DNA of 64,000 nt. Origin: Octopus sinensis (lineage: Eukaryota). Below, one piece after another: positions 51,501 to 64,000 of the stretch (within the stretch, counting starts at the first letter, position 1; the number at the start of each line of letters is the position of its first letter). The notes beneath the pieces were generated by a model. That model saw nothing but the letters and a program-made list of their open reading frames with translations, made no database searches and had not been told where the DNA came from. The stretch spans positions 91,450,001 to 91,514,000 of the forward strand of contig NC_043005.1 in the NCBI RefSeq assembly GCF_006345805.1. The letters are read 5' to 3'. The position numbers were made by a program, and so were the translations under genes.

Positions 51501-52549
51501 ATTGATTAGCATTAGGCAGTGTGTCAGCTGAATTACCAAAGTGACAACAAATAGCACCTACATCAATCGTACTTCGACCTGTTTACAAATTGCTCTTTGA
51601 GACATCATCATTGTTGATTCACCATGAACCAAGCAAAACATGGTTTTCAGTTACAGGTGCCAGTAAACTCTTGTAAACTTCTTTCTGGTTACTATTAATA
51701 AATATATTAATCATAGTGCCGGTGGCACGTAAGAGGCACTATCCAAACGTGGCCGATGCCAGTACCGCCTTGACTGGCTTCTGTGCCGGTGGCATGTAAA
51801 AAGCACCCACTACACTCTTGGAGAGGTTGGCATTAGGAAGGGCATCCATCTGTAGAAACACTGCCAGATCAGACTGGAGCCTGGTACAGCCTCTTGGCTT
51901 CCCAGACCCCGGTTGAACTGTCCAACCCGTGCTAGCGTGGAAAACGGACGTTAAATGATGATGATGATAGTACTGGGTTATATTTAATATATGTGAGTTT
52001 TAAATGTAGACTTATTCTATGGACAAGCATTGAACTGAGAATGAGACCCAGCTGTTATTGAATTTCACTCTGTAATCTGATCTGCTAGTGATAAGACCCT
52101 GATTTAAAAAAGGAAAATAGTATGAGTTTATTAAACACATTAAATATGTGTTACTGGGAAATACAATAATACATATATTTAATTTTCAGATATGCTTTGT
52201 CCAATCTTTTACAGATGTTAAATAAATCTGAACAACTGAAAAATTGAGTTTATGTTGGTTAGACTTCAAGTACAAGATAATAAGTTACTTATTAGCTTGC
52301 CAATTGTAATTTAGATTAATCTATTGATTTGTAGTTTGGCTGTTAAACCCAGTGTATTGCTTTTAATAAAATGTCAGCAACATTTTCACTTCAAACTCTT
52401 GAATTATTCATTATTTATCCAAATTAACCAGTCAGTAGTCTACCTTTTGCGTCTACTTTCATTTATGCAGGCCCGGAAAGTTTGAAAGAAAGATAAGTAG
52501 CTCAAATACGGAAATGTTTGGTTTGTGATTTTAATTTGTGCCTCCCCTT

Positions 52550-52596
<47 letters not shown>

Positions 52597-55500
52597 TGCA
52601 CATGTAAACAAAAGTATTGTTATTTATAGGTTTCCAAGAGGCCAATCACTGGTTAATTACATTTTTTTACAGTGAGAGTAATTAGGGACTGCATGTAACC
52701 CAAACAAATAGATACAAGATATTTTTGTTCAATGCACGAATAAATCTGTATTTTCATGTGAATATCATCATCATGGTTTAGTGTCTGTATTCCATGCTGG
52801 TATGGGTTGGACAGTTTGACAGGATCCAACAGATCAGAAGACTGTGAAGCTCCACAGTCTGTTTTGGCATGACTTCTACAGCTGGATACCCTTCTTAATG
52901 CTAACCTCTTTACAGAGTGTACCCAGTACTTTTCATGTATTCTTGGTACTAGTGAGATCACCAAGTAGCTTGCAAGACAACAACCCTTGATTGAAATAGG
53001 TACGTGTAATTTGCTGTAGAGGAAGTACATGACTACTCCAGCTAGGAAAGGAGACCACCACACACCTACATATATATATATATATGATTGACTGCTGCAG
53101 TTTTCTCACAAGACATTAGACAACCCAAAGTTTATGGTAGAAGATACTTGCCCAACATGCTGTGCAGTTTGATAGACTCCAGAGTTATTGTAAAACAAAC
53201 TTTTTAACCACATAGCCATGCTTTTACTTGCAATCTACTGTAATATATGTGACAGATTCACTCCTCCCCACCTTCTCTCCATGACTTACATGCACTAACA
53301 GCTGTAAATCATTTATAGGAATGATATATACTGCATGTGTATCATCATAATCATCATGTATGTGTTTGTGTGAGTGTACGGTTGTTTAAGAATGTATAAA
53401 TAAAAAGGTGAACTGTTTATTTTATTTTTTGAAATTGTTTCTATTCTTTATTTGCTCAGATGGTGTCAGTTTATGAAGTTTTGAAAGATCCTGAGAAAAG
53501 ACAAAGGTTAGTACGTATATCTTAAAGAAGCAAGAAGCTTATGTTATGGTCATTTAGCCCTAGATCAGACTAGACTGAATAAATTTCCAGCCATGTCCAC
53601 CCTGTCATTCGAAGCATTGCACATTTAGGATTACATTATCCAATGAATCTCTCCCTTTTCAAGACAGCAAGGTATCATTTTCTATTTGCTAATTCTAGCA
53701 GGCTGAGCAACTGTACAGAGATTCCCTCATTGGCTCAATCAGATGTATGTTAAATTTGTTGGTATAAATTATTGATATTGTGGTAGGTTGAGACTGTTGA
53801 GACTTCTTACTTGCATTGTCTTCTTTATATTAAGCAGATGTTTTTATTCTATCTGGTCAAATTACAGTCAAAGGGATAGATGTTAAATAGCAGCAAATTG
53901 GTAGAATCATTAGAGCATCAGGTAGAATACCATAGAGTATTTGTCCTGGCTTTCTGTGATTTGAGTTAAAATTTTCCTTTTGTCTTTTCAGAAGTAAATT
54001 AAGTACAGGTTCATAGTGATGAATTGACAAAATTTGTCCGAGCATTGTCTCTCTTTGCATTCTGCATTAGCCCTTGCTTCCAACAACATTAGTGGCATGC
54101 AAAGAGAAGACTTCGTTCAAGCATATTTCCCTTGGAGAAAAACTTCACAGGTTCAGTTCCCTGTTTTCATATGATGTATAGAGGCAAGGGATACTTGGAG
54201 TATGGTGCAAGCAAATCTAAAGAGCCTGTCTTCAGTGATGTGTCAAGGAAAATAATAATAATAATCCTTTCTACTAAAGGCACAAAGCTTGAAATTTTGA
54301 GGTTGGTTCAAGTTGATTACATCAACCCTAGTACTCAACCGGTACTTATTTTATCAACCCTGACAGAAGAAAAGATAAAGCCGACCTCAGTGGAATGTGA
54401 ACTAATAATATGAAGACTCAAAAGAAATGGTGCTAAGCATTTTGTCCGGTGTGCTAATGATTCTTTCAGCTCACCCGCTTAATAATAATGGTTTCAAATT
54501 TTGGCACAAGGCCATCAAATCCAGGGGAGGAATTAGTTGATTGCATTGATATCCCAGTGATCTATTGTACTTATTTTATCAATCCCAAAAGGGACAAAAG
54601 GCAAAGTTGACTTCAGTGGAATTTGAATAATAATAATAATGATTTCGTTATTAACCATAAAGGTTTACATTAAGAAAAACATGGACAGTACAGGACAAAA
54701 CAAAAGAATGTGTGTGTGTGTGTATGTGTATGTTGTTATGCAGGTTGTGCATGTAAACAAGACTAACAAAATTTAAAAAAGAAAAACAACAGTGTGTAAT
54801 CCTCAATAGGGAGGTGACATTCGAGGGCTGCCAATGGAAAAATCCCATAAAAACCATGGGTACCCTGACTTTTGGGGTAGGTGCCTTTTTTTCACTTGCA
54901 CCATTCTTACCATTTATATCCACCTTTCAGCAAACTGGCTAGAAGACAACACTTCCCTCTCTTCCCTTATTTTCCTTTCCAAGTGAAACTTGAAGTTGAT
55001 TAGGGATTGGCCAACGAGAAAACTGTTTATCGTCAGCTCCTTCAATCTCATCCACCATACAACCTCTTTCACAATGGCCACCAGGCATATAAACACAGCC
55101 TTTCCTTCCCGGTTAAAGGAAAGTGGCAGGGCAATCTTCACAATGGATTCAGTTGACAGCTAGATCTGTCCTACACACGACAGCAGTTGTTTGACATAAA
55201 CCCACAGGTCACCAGTTCTTGGGAACTGGACGAGTGCATACAGGACCATCTTGTCTTGCGCACATCCTGTCTTGCTCAGTTCTGTGCCTATAAAGTTTAT
55301 CTCAAACAGGTATAGCTCCCTGGTAGCACTGCCAGGTCAAAGATTTTTGGAAATTATCCATCGGTCCCAGGCTGAAAGTTCTCCAGAAAAGAGTGGCTAG
55401 CTGATCTTCTTCAATACCCAAGGTCTCCTCAAGAACGTTGTCACACTTTCCCTCCACTAATCCTCTATAAAAAGTTAAAGTGGATGTTCTGCCTATTGCA

Positions 55501-58500
55501 GTGTCTGATTGGCTGAGGGCTGTGAGCGCTTGAAGACACTCCACTTTCCAAATGCACTCCCTCGGTTTGTTTTACCCAGGGCTGCAGCTCTGTTAAAGAA
55601 ACTGTCTGTGGAAATACATGTCTGGCGAACAGCAACCACACCTGTTCACTGTTGAGGAAGCACTGGAGATGTTGTAGCCTCAGCGCATGTCTGTGTGTCG
55701 TCAACCACAGCATGCCCAGGCCACCTTACAGCAGGTGTTGACAGCAAATAGACTGTCTAACTATTGGAATGTGTCCTTCCACAAGAAGCGGAAGAGTATA
55801 CACTCCAGTGTAATCAGATGGTGGCTGGGACAAGGTACGACAATCAAATGATACTAGATGATAGAATACGATATCCACATTAGTCATCTCTGCCCGACCT
55901 TTCAGGGATAGCTTTCTCTCAGCCCATTTCTGGGTGAGAGTAGTCACCCTGCTTGTTACCTCATCTCAGATTTTGTCCATCTGGAGGTCCAGACCAAACC
56001 AGACCCCAAGCAATTTAACTGGTCTGTCCATCCAGTGCCCAGTAACACAGTTGGACAGCATGGACTTGCTTCTCCAGATGCCGAGCCTCAAGCCCACTGA
56101 TTTTTCTTGGTTAATCATCGCTCCTGAAACTGCCTAATAAATATAAACATTACTACCCGTAACATACTAGGTATTTAATGCAGTTGACTACTCCCTCTAA
56201 CAATTAGGTTTGTGCCTCGAAAAAAATCACTATTGCTCAGAGTGATGTAACCATTGAGTGTGCACTTGCTTAGTATCTGGTTATTACAGGCTTGTGGATA
56301 TATATTATACACAATTGTCATGTTGGATAGATCCAGTGATCTATCGCTATTTTCCAGATGGTACATCAAGTTGCCATCTAGATAAAGTTGAACCAGAAGC
56401 TTTACATTATCTAGTTTTGTGCCTCATTTCAAATCTAACAGAATATGCTTTGGATTCTTGTTGCTTCAGCTGTTAGTGTCAAGGCTCTGCTATATAATAC
56501 AATTAATTGTGAAAATAAGCAAGAATAGGAAGAACTTAGTAAAATAGGTTTTAACTTACATACAGTCACTAATAGACTATCTGTGTTGTTGATGTTGTAT
56601 TCCTTTTTGTATTTAACCCTTTCGTTACTGTATTTATTTTGAGATGCTCTCTGTTTCTTTCAATTACTTTAAATATAACAAAGAATTTAGTAAAATTACT
56701 TGGTTATCATTAAGCTAGTGTTATGAACATAAATTGAGACTAAGGTTTGGTGGAAGGTTTTAATTCAAAACTTATGAAAACAAGGCATTTGTACTCAGAG
56801 CCAGAGCCGGGTTGGTAACGAAAGGGTTAAAGGGCTTTTTAATCCAATATTTGCACAATATTATTTGTAGATTTATCTACTTTGAAATCCATCATTCACA
56901 AAAAAGAATTATGTGATGTTCTCTTGAAGTTTATAAATTCTTATGACATCAACAACATAGAATTCTTGCTGGTAAGAATAAAGTTTCTAAATGGATAGAG
57001 AAATTCAAAGGAATGCTTTGGTCCAATAGTGGAATGCCTGTCATGTTCACAGGAAATGTGGGTTTGAGTCCCATGAGCAGCCTTCAACGTTTTCTGTCCA
57101 AAAAGGTTTTTTAACCCAATATTTGTTTACATCCTATTATTTATAGCTTTATATGCTTCAAGATCCACCTTGCCAAAAAAGGAATTATGTCAGAATTGTG
57201 AACCAGGAGTTGTCTCATGCAGGTTTGCATCAAAAGAGTTAAGATGCTGGACAACTGACTATGGTTGTGAGTTCAAAACTAACCATTATTATGTGACACT
57301 GAACAAAGCACATAACTTTGTTTGCCCCAGTATGGAAAAAAAAAGACCCTACTCTCCTCACTCATGTTTGTATGAAAATCATTGATATAAATCAGTAAAA
57401 CATCTACTTAATGACAAAGAGTTTTTGTTTGGGAAAGAGATTGCCTTTCTGACATCTTCTTTGTTACTTTTAGGTACAACGATGTTCTCAAGAATGGACT
57501 TCCTGATTGGAAGCAACCTGTTTTTTACTATCGGCGAGTTCGTAAAATGGGTTTACTTGAGCTTAGTGTTTTAATGTTCCTGATTCTGACTGTGGGCCAA
57601 TACCTAGTCATCTGGTCAGTTTACTTAGAGCGGAAGTTTACTGTGGTAAGTATTTTGATTTCTTGCTTTTTAAAATGGTACTGATCAACCAGACCTTAAC
57701 CTCCTCTTTTGCATGTTTATTATATTCCAATTAGTATATTCTTCAGTTACCTTCAGTTTCTTATCCTTTTTTTTTTTTACATGCATTTCATTTACCCGAG
57801 GAGCATCATCATCATCACTACCACCACTACTGCCATCATCATCATTATCATCATCCTTTACACTTCTGCATGCCGGCATGGGTTTTATGGGTTTCCTTTT
57901 GCTTGTATGTTCCATTTTTGACCTGGTTTGTATGACTGGATGTCCTTCCTCTTAACAACCGCTTTACAAAACGTATTGAGTGCACTTTTGTTGTGGAACT
58001 AGTTGTAAAGTAGTTGTTTTGTTCCCAGCAAACCAGAAGAGTCTTTTGCTCCTCACTGCTGGCTCCAGAAAGTAGTCTCCTCTTCTCAGTGTTGTTTCCA
58101 TTTCCTTTCTTCATAACTGAGTGAGAGGAAGAGAGGGCGATCAGAAAAGACCAGTGTGGTAAAAGCAAGGAGGTGATAGAAGAGAATATAAGGGAAAGAA
58201 CCAGAGTATGAGTGTGGTTGGCGAGAGAAAGAGAGAGGTAGGCAGCTGCTTGAAGGTTGTTGTTGTTGGTGGGGTGGGGTGAGCAGCAGCAGCAATAGCA
58301 TGACTAAGGGAATGATAACAAAGAGAGTAATGGGAGAGAACCAGCCTGCGAGTATGAAAGACGGGAGAGTAATGGAAGAGGACCCAAGTGGTTGGCACAA
58401 GTGGGTGATGCGGGAGAGAGAGCGGTAGACAGCTACATGGTGGCTGGGTCATGGGTTAGAGAGAGAGAGAGAAATGGAAAAGAGATAGAATGATGGAGAT

Positions 58501-61500
58501 GGATGATAGGGTTGAATATGGACAGACCTGGTGCTTTGCTGTCTGTTGTTTCACAAGTGATGGGATGCCAGAGAGATAGTGTTATGAACAAAGAGGGAAG
58601 ATATTCATGATATTCAAATATAAATATCTCAAACTCCATCATCATCCTCATCATCAGTTTTGCAACTGTGTTTCCATGCTTATATGGTTGGATAGATCTT
58701 CTCTAGCATATTTCTTCATTTGTCAAGATGTTTCCTCATCTCTTTCATGAGGTCAGCCTCTTGAGATCAGTTTTCATCATTTTGTTTCATGTCTTCCTTG
58801 ATCTCTTTTCTTGTCCATTGGTTCTGTCCACTTGTAGCACTTGGCACTTCTTTTCACAATTGTCACCTTCAATACACATCACCTACCTGCACCAGCACAG
58901 TCTCTTTTCTTGTAAACTACATTTGATTTTTCCCATATGTCCAGATTTTCAGCTCATTTGTACTCTGTTGTTCATGCACGCCTACACTTGACATTCATTG
59001 TAGCATGCTCACTTCATTTTTTCCAGCCTTTGCATATCTTCTGCATTCAAGCCCATGTCTCACAGCATCGTACTTTGTACACAAGCATCATACAATCTGC
59101 TCTTCATTTTGAGAGAGAAACTATTTGTTGCCAGCAGAGGTAATAGCTCCCTGAACTTTTTCCACCCTGTTCTTACTCTGGCAACTATGTTTTCAAAACA
59201 CACCCATCTCCAGTTTTAATTAGGTCACCTCACTAACAATAAGATAAGCTATCAACTATATCTATAGAACCTTCCTAGTATTGGAAGAAATTTATTTTAC
59301 GTGTAACTAGCACTATCGCCTGGCATTGCTCGGGTTTGTTTTGACACTTTAGCATTGGAATTTTTGAAAAGTAAAAATTTTGCATTATGTAGCTTGTTAT
59401 TCTCTTTAAGTGAACATTTTTCTGGTTGCAATACACCAAAAAATGGCAACACAGCAGTCAAAAAATTGTAATAAAATAGGGATTTTCATAGGAAAAAAGC
59501 ACCTTTTTGATGTAAATAATTTTTGGTGTTAACATGGTCCGATTTGAATTTTTTCTTCTACAGAAGGAAGAGCAAGCCTTCTTCTATCATACTCTCAATT
59601 TTGGTCAACTTGCACTGTAGGGTCTTGGAGGAGATAGTGTTAGTTGAAGGCTACCAAACCTGCCATACACACACAGACAACTTCAGCTTAGAGATTACCG
59701 TACATCTGCTACATATAAAGTCTACCTTTTCTGTCAGCCTTTATACGATCTCACTACACCTCTTGTATCCATATTTCGTTCTGGTTGCACCATAAATGTC
59801 CACTTCTCCAATGATTTCCTGGCAACTTAAACTTTACTAGGTTTATTTTGGGACCTCTCAATTCTAGGTTTTGTTTCTAAATTAGGAATTTCTTCTCTAA
59901 ATCTGTGACAGATCCAGTTATGAAGGCTAAGCTATCACCATACAAAAGTTCCTATGGGCAACTGATCTGAAACATCTTTGTTATGGCCTGGACGACTTAA
60001 TAAACAGGAGAAGGATGAAAACTGAATTTCGGTATATCCCTACTTGTGCCATTAAAATTGCTGCTATACTCATTGTTAATGCTTACTTTACTGACTGCAC
60101 TTCTCTTCACGGCTTTCCATTTACATACTGGTTTCTTTAATGACCATCAGATTATAGAGTGTGATACTCTGAGCTCACCAAATGCTAGCTGGAGTAGCTT
60201 ACTCCTAGCTAAGGAAGATTAATATCAGTTGTACTGCATTCTGGTACAAAGCCAAACTATATCATAAACTTTTTCAGTAAATTTCATAACCTGGTCAATC
60301 AATTTAATGCATTTGTTGTTTCCTCTCTCTAGTGCTCCTCCTTTATTCTTGTAACCATTTTTCTTTTACTTGCTGGGTCAGGAGGAAGGATAATGTCCAC
60401 TGTCTTTGCAGGCCTTCTTAAACTTAGGACACCGAAGCCCTTAATGTTCCACTTGAACCTTTGTAAATCAACACACAACAGAAAGACATGAGCAGGGCTG
60501 GAATTCTAGAGGGTCAATATTCTGAGAACCTTAGAAAGAACATTTGTCAATAACTAATATTAAATTGTTTTAATATGGCGGGGAACAACTCCAGATAGGT
60601 TTTAGTCTTATGCCCTCATCAGCAAAATACATTCTTCACTGTACTTGTTGAAAGAATGATGAAAGAACCATTAAATAAATGTACACATTACACACTAATT
60701 AATGTCAGAAATATAAAAACGTAATGCTCTATTTCTTTTTTCTGTATTTTTGCATGCATTAAAGTAGAATTAGCAGTTCTACATCTTAATTATCCAGCTC
60801 TCCATGTATCTTTTGAAAACAGTTGTGATAAGTTTATATAAAAGTAGAGTTGAAGAAGTTTAGATCAGTTGTTTAAAATTTCTAATCCTTCTAAATGTGA
60901 AAACTTGAGAAAATTCCTTGGTACCCTCCTCTAAACCAGTTTCCTCAAATAAGAAAGTTTTATAAATTTTGTAAGAAGAGTTAGTGATAAGAGTTCAAAT
61001 CCTGCATGACACTGAATTATTGGGAAAGCATGTCAATGTTAAATTTTTTGTATTTGGAAGAATGTCCTGTTCTACAATAATTTATTTGCAGAAATATATA
61101 AATTTGTTTATTTAGTTATGGTTAACTACAGTAAAAAAAAAATAACTTAAGATAGTTACTTTTTACTTTTATCGATTTTAATCTTTGCAAAACTTCTGAT
61201 ATTTTTATCTAATTTGTGTCAATGGTCTTAGGAAGAAAACTATGCAAGCAAGTTGAAGAAATCTGAGAAGAAAAGCCGTAAGAAAGCAGCAATGTGTGAA
61301 AATGAGATTGAAGCTGAATTTAAAGAGGAGTTGGATGCCATTAGTCGCCCCCAATTAATTGATTTGTGGCCACTACGTCTGACCTGCTGGCTCTATACAA
61401 ACACCCTCAGTATTCCTCTCTACTACTGTCTACTTAGACAATATCTCATATCTTGGAGAGAGAGATGTAAAGAAGTTGAAGTGGAAGAAGAAAAAACCCC

Positions 61501-63205
61501 TATTCAAGGTTTGTGTTGTCATGGAAATTTTACAATTCACTGCCTGTTAACAACAGTCCATTACAGATTTAATATTGTTATTCAAAGTACAAATTTTCAA
61601 TCATATTCCACCTTATTACTTATATTGTAAGACAGTATATAATTATCAGGGGATATTGTGTACACAATGTTACATCCATGTGTAATTATTTTATAGCATT
61701 CATTGTGATTTCCTTCTTTTTTTTGGTTTTGAGATTAGATGTAAACAAAAACATACCAATGATATTCTATCCCACTTGGTTTACTGAGATTATAAGAAAA
61801 CAAAAGTGAACAGGACTTCTGGTGGACCGTTCCAGAAAAACTGCTTTACAAGCAAAGAAATTTTCTATGTAATCTCTTAATTTGCTAAAAATAACAGATT
61901 TTCTTCAAACCACATGCTTTGGTCTTAAAATAGGTCACACTGAATATCAGTGGTATATAAAAACACTGAATTGTCAGTGGTATACAAAAAGATAGTGCGA
62001 TGGTCACAGCTGAAATGATCAAAAGTCTACTCAATTAAGGCTGATCTTGAGTAAAACAGTGCAGACAACAGCAACAGTCTCAGTTGTAAAATGTGTAGGT
62101 GGTTATGAGGTGCAGGCATGGCTATGTGGTAAGAAGTTTTTTGCTTCCTGACCACATGGTTCTCAGTTCAGTCCTACTGTGTAGCACTTTAGGCAGGCTA
62201 ACCTAAGCCTTGTGGAAAGATTTGATAGACTGAAACTAAAAGAAGCATCTTGTGTGTGTGTGTATGCGCATGTGATACTGTCTCCTTGCCTTGTCATTGT
62301 GTGATAGTTGCAAACAAGTATTGTCATGCAAGCAGTGTCCTTAGTTACTAAACTTCCATGAAAACATGTCTAGTCATGGAGAAATGTTACCTTACTTGGA
62401 AACAGGTTAGGGTTGGTTATAGGAACGACATCCCAACAAAGGAAAATCTACCTCAACAAATTCTGTTCAACCCATGCAAGCATGGAAACAAATAGATTGC
62501 AGAACAATTGATGATAATAATAAAAGATGTGTCTTGATACAGTTTCTGTCTTTGATCAGTGACTCTTATCCAAGGGTTGTGCAATGGAATCACATGGTTC
62601 CAAGTCATTATTAACCTTTTTGTTACCATATTTCTGAAAAGCACTATTTTAAATAACGAGGGATTTTGTAAAATAACTTTTTCATTATTGAGTTGATGTT
62701 TGGAACCGAGATTAACATGAAATTTTGATGGGAGGTTTTGGTTTAGATCACTTCAAAGAGGAAGTTTGTATCCTAGAACCTGGGGTCAATTTCAGGTGAG
62801 TTAATAAGAGTTTGAGATTTCATTGAAATAACCAGCTCAGGTTTTTAAATTCAGCTTTTGCTCTCTCCATCTTCAAAAGTAGAATTTGTAGAAATTACAG
62901 AATAGGTCATTATCTTCCAAGCTGTATTAATATTGGAAGCAATACAAAAAGGAAGAAGTATCACAGTGGATTAAGACGGCTCTGCTAAAGTTGCTTGGTT
63001 TGCAAATTGCATTTGTAGTTTCATTCAGCTCCTGAAATTTTGCTCTTTTCCTTTGTACATTGTAGAACCAGTAAAGAAAGTCAAAAAACGTCAAAGGATT
63101 GAACTTCCAGAATATTCTGCAGAGACGTTTGCATCTACAGCTGCTGTAGCGTATACTCCTTCCATTGACATCACTCTTGATTCAAAGCCTGAACAAAAAA
63201 TAAAG
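48388..63205 (+). CDS. DNAJC1: DnaJ homolog subfamily C member 1 (ERdj1/MTJ1), first six exons; incomplete at the 3' end
   Basis: Signal peptide, then [15 protein letters not shown]-domain with [23 protein letters not shown] segment; in-frame GT-AG splicing. Confidence 0.93.
49680..49945 (-). mobile_element. RTE 3'-end copy in DNAJC1 intron 1
   Basis: Reverse complement of the conserved RTE tail. Confidence 0.9.
50524..50625 (+). CDS. DNAJC1: DNAJC1 exon 2 (HPD motif)
   Basis: [34 protein letters not shown]. Confidence 0.95.
51715..51968 (+). mobile_element. RTE 3'-end copy in DNAJC1 intron 2
   Basis: Conserved tail plus (GAT)n. Confidence 0.9.
52548..52594. repeat. (TA)n microsatellite
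   Basis: Direct reading. Confidence 0.95.
53460..53506 (+). CDS. DNAJC1: DNAJC1 exon 3
   Basis: [15 protein letters not shown](R), phase 2. Confidence 0.92.
54900..56140 (-). mobile_element. L1/Tx1-clade ORF2 C-terminal remnant
   Basis: [14 protein letters not shown]; [13 protein letters not shown] followed by DKLYRH (zf-RVT-like region). Confidence 0.65.
56617..56826 (+). mobile_element. Complete 210-bp piggyBac-type MITE
   Basis: TTAA|CCCTTTCGTTAC ... GTAACGAAAGGG|TTAA, TIRs identical to the 19064 and 22859 elements. Confidence 0.9.
57474..57645 (+). CDS. DNAJC1: DNAJC1 exon 4
   Basis: [57 protein letters not shown]. Confidence 0.95.
58620..59270 (-). mobile_element. Old, highly diverged RTE fragment
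   Basis: Minus-strand RLYDACV-like segment and a degenerate tail. Confidence 0.55.
59307..59694 (-). mobile_element. Non-autonomous Helitron-type element
   Basis: Minus strand A|TC ... CCCGAGCAATGCCAGG...CTAG|T. Confidence 0.6.
61232..61508 (+). CDS. DNAJC1: DNAJC1 exon 5
   Basis: [14 protein letters not shown]...[12 protein letters not shown]...EEEKTPIQ; phase consistent with both neighbours. Confidence 0.82.
62110..62520 (+). mobile_element. tRNA-derived SINE with RTE-type 3' tail
   Basis: Head TGGCTATGTGGTAAG...CAGTTCAGTCC (A/B-box-like); tail CAACCCATGCAAGCATGGAAA. Confidence 0.65.
63066..63205 (+). CDS. DNAJC1: DNAJC1 exon 6
   Basis: [18 protein letters not shown]...KPEQKIK|GTAAAT. 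Confidence 0.8.
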
Positions 63206-63504
63206 GTAAATAAATTATTCATCATTGTTTTAACATTCACTTTTTCCATGCTGGGTTAGCATGAAGCAGTATTCAACAGCCAGATGTCCTTTTTGTTGCC
63301 ATTTCACTAAAAACTTTCTGGTTGAATATCACATGGGATTTTTACATTTTGTGAATATTAGAGATTGCATTGACTTAATTTTAGGTCAACGTGAAAGAAA
63401 TAAAATACGTGTTCTCTTCAGCTGTAAAGAAGTATTTAACATTTTCAATTACCAAAATACTATGATTTCTTTTTAGAAAATTGTTATTGTTACCAGCATC
63501 GCCT

Positions 63505-63747
63505 TACTGGCATCTGTGCTGGTGGCATGTGTAAAAGATTCGAGCGAGGTCGTTGCCAGTACCGCCTGACTGGCACGTAAAAGCACCCACTACACTCTCG
63601 GAGTGGTTGGTGTTAGGAAGGGCATCCAGCTGTAGAAACTCTGCCAGATCAAGATTGAAGCCTGGTGTAGCCATCTGGTTCGCCAGCCCTCAGTCAAATC
63701 GTCCAACCCATGCTAGCATGGAAAGCGGATGTTAAATGATGATGATA
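63505..63747 (+). mobile_element. RTE 3'-end copy in a DNAJC1 intron
   Basis: Conserved tail plus (GAT)n. Confidence 0.9.
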
Positions 63748-63842
63748 TTATGATAGAAGTAGCTTTCATACTTTATTTATAAATAACTGCTGTTTTTGTC
63801 TTGCTGGTTTATATTTAACTAAAGATTTTTTTGGGTGGGGGT

Positions 63843-63990
63843 GAATGCGTGTTGTTTAGTGGTTAGGGTGTTGCACTCATGATGTAGGATTATAGTTTCA
63901 ATTCCTAGATTGGGCAGTGCATTGTGTTCTGGAGCAAAACACTTCATTTCACATTGTTCCAGTCCACTCAGCTGTAAATAAGTAACCCTG
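63843..63990 (+). mobile_element. tRNA-derived SINE head
   Basis: TAGTGGTTAGGG (A box) ... GTTTCAATTCC (B box-like). Confidence 0.55.
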
Positions 63991-64000
63991 ACAGACTGAC

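Noticed and set aside
57170-57385. Integrase-like TDYGCEF peptide
   Set aside because: Single short motif with no supporting DDE context
62110-63990. tRNA genes
   Set aside because: Only degenerate A/B-box heads followed by SINE bodies; no cloverleaf

Overview
AT-rich, repeat-dense animal genomic DNA. The repeat families and microsatellite load point to an octopus/coleoid cephalopod; this is an inference, not a database result. Two spliced housekeeping genes lie head-to-head about 9.5 kb apart. ATP5F1B (mitochondrial ATP synthase beta) is complete on the minus strand: 10 coding exons, 38882->25706, 1572 nt, 523 aa. The first six exons of DNAJC1 (ERdj1/MTJ1) are on the plus strand from 48388 and the gene runs off the window end. 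The rest is mostly transposable-element debris: two RTE LINE families, CR1/L2-group and L1/Tx1 fragments, a Helitron helicase remnant with nested piggyBacs, non-autonomous Helitrons, mariner remnants, a long-TIR foldback element, tRNA-derived SINEs and TA/TG microsatellites. The least explained structures are (i) a ~625-bp TG..CA element with a tRNA-Trp-like primer-binding site and a ~45-bp-period array of PBS-like motifs, and (ii) a twice-repeated ~90-nt foldable motif in ATP5F1B intron 1. No CRISPR, rRNA or intact tRNA genes were found.
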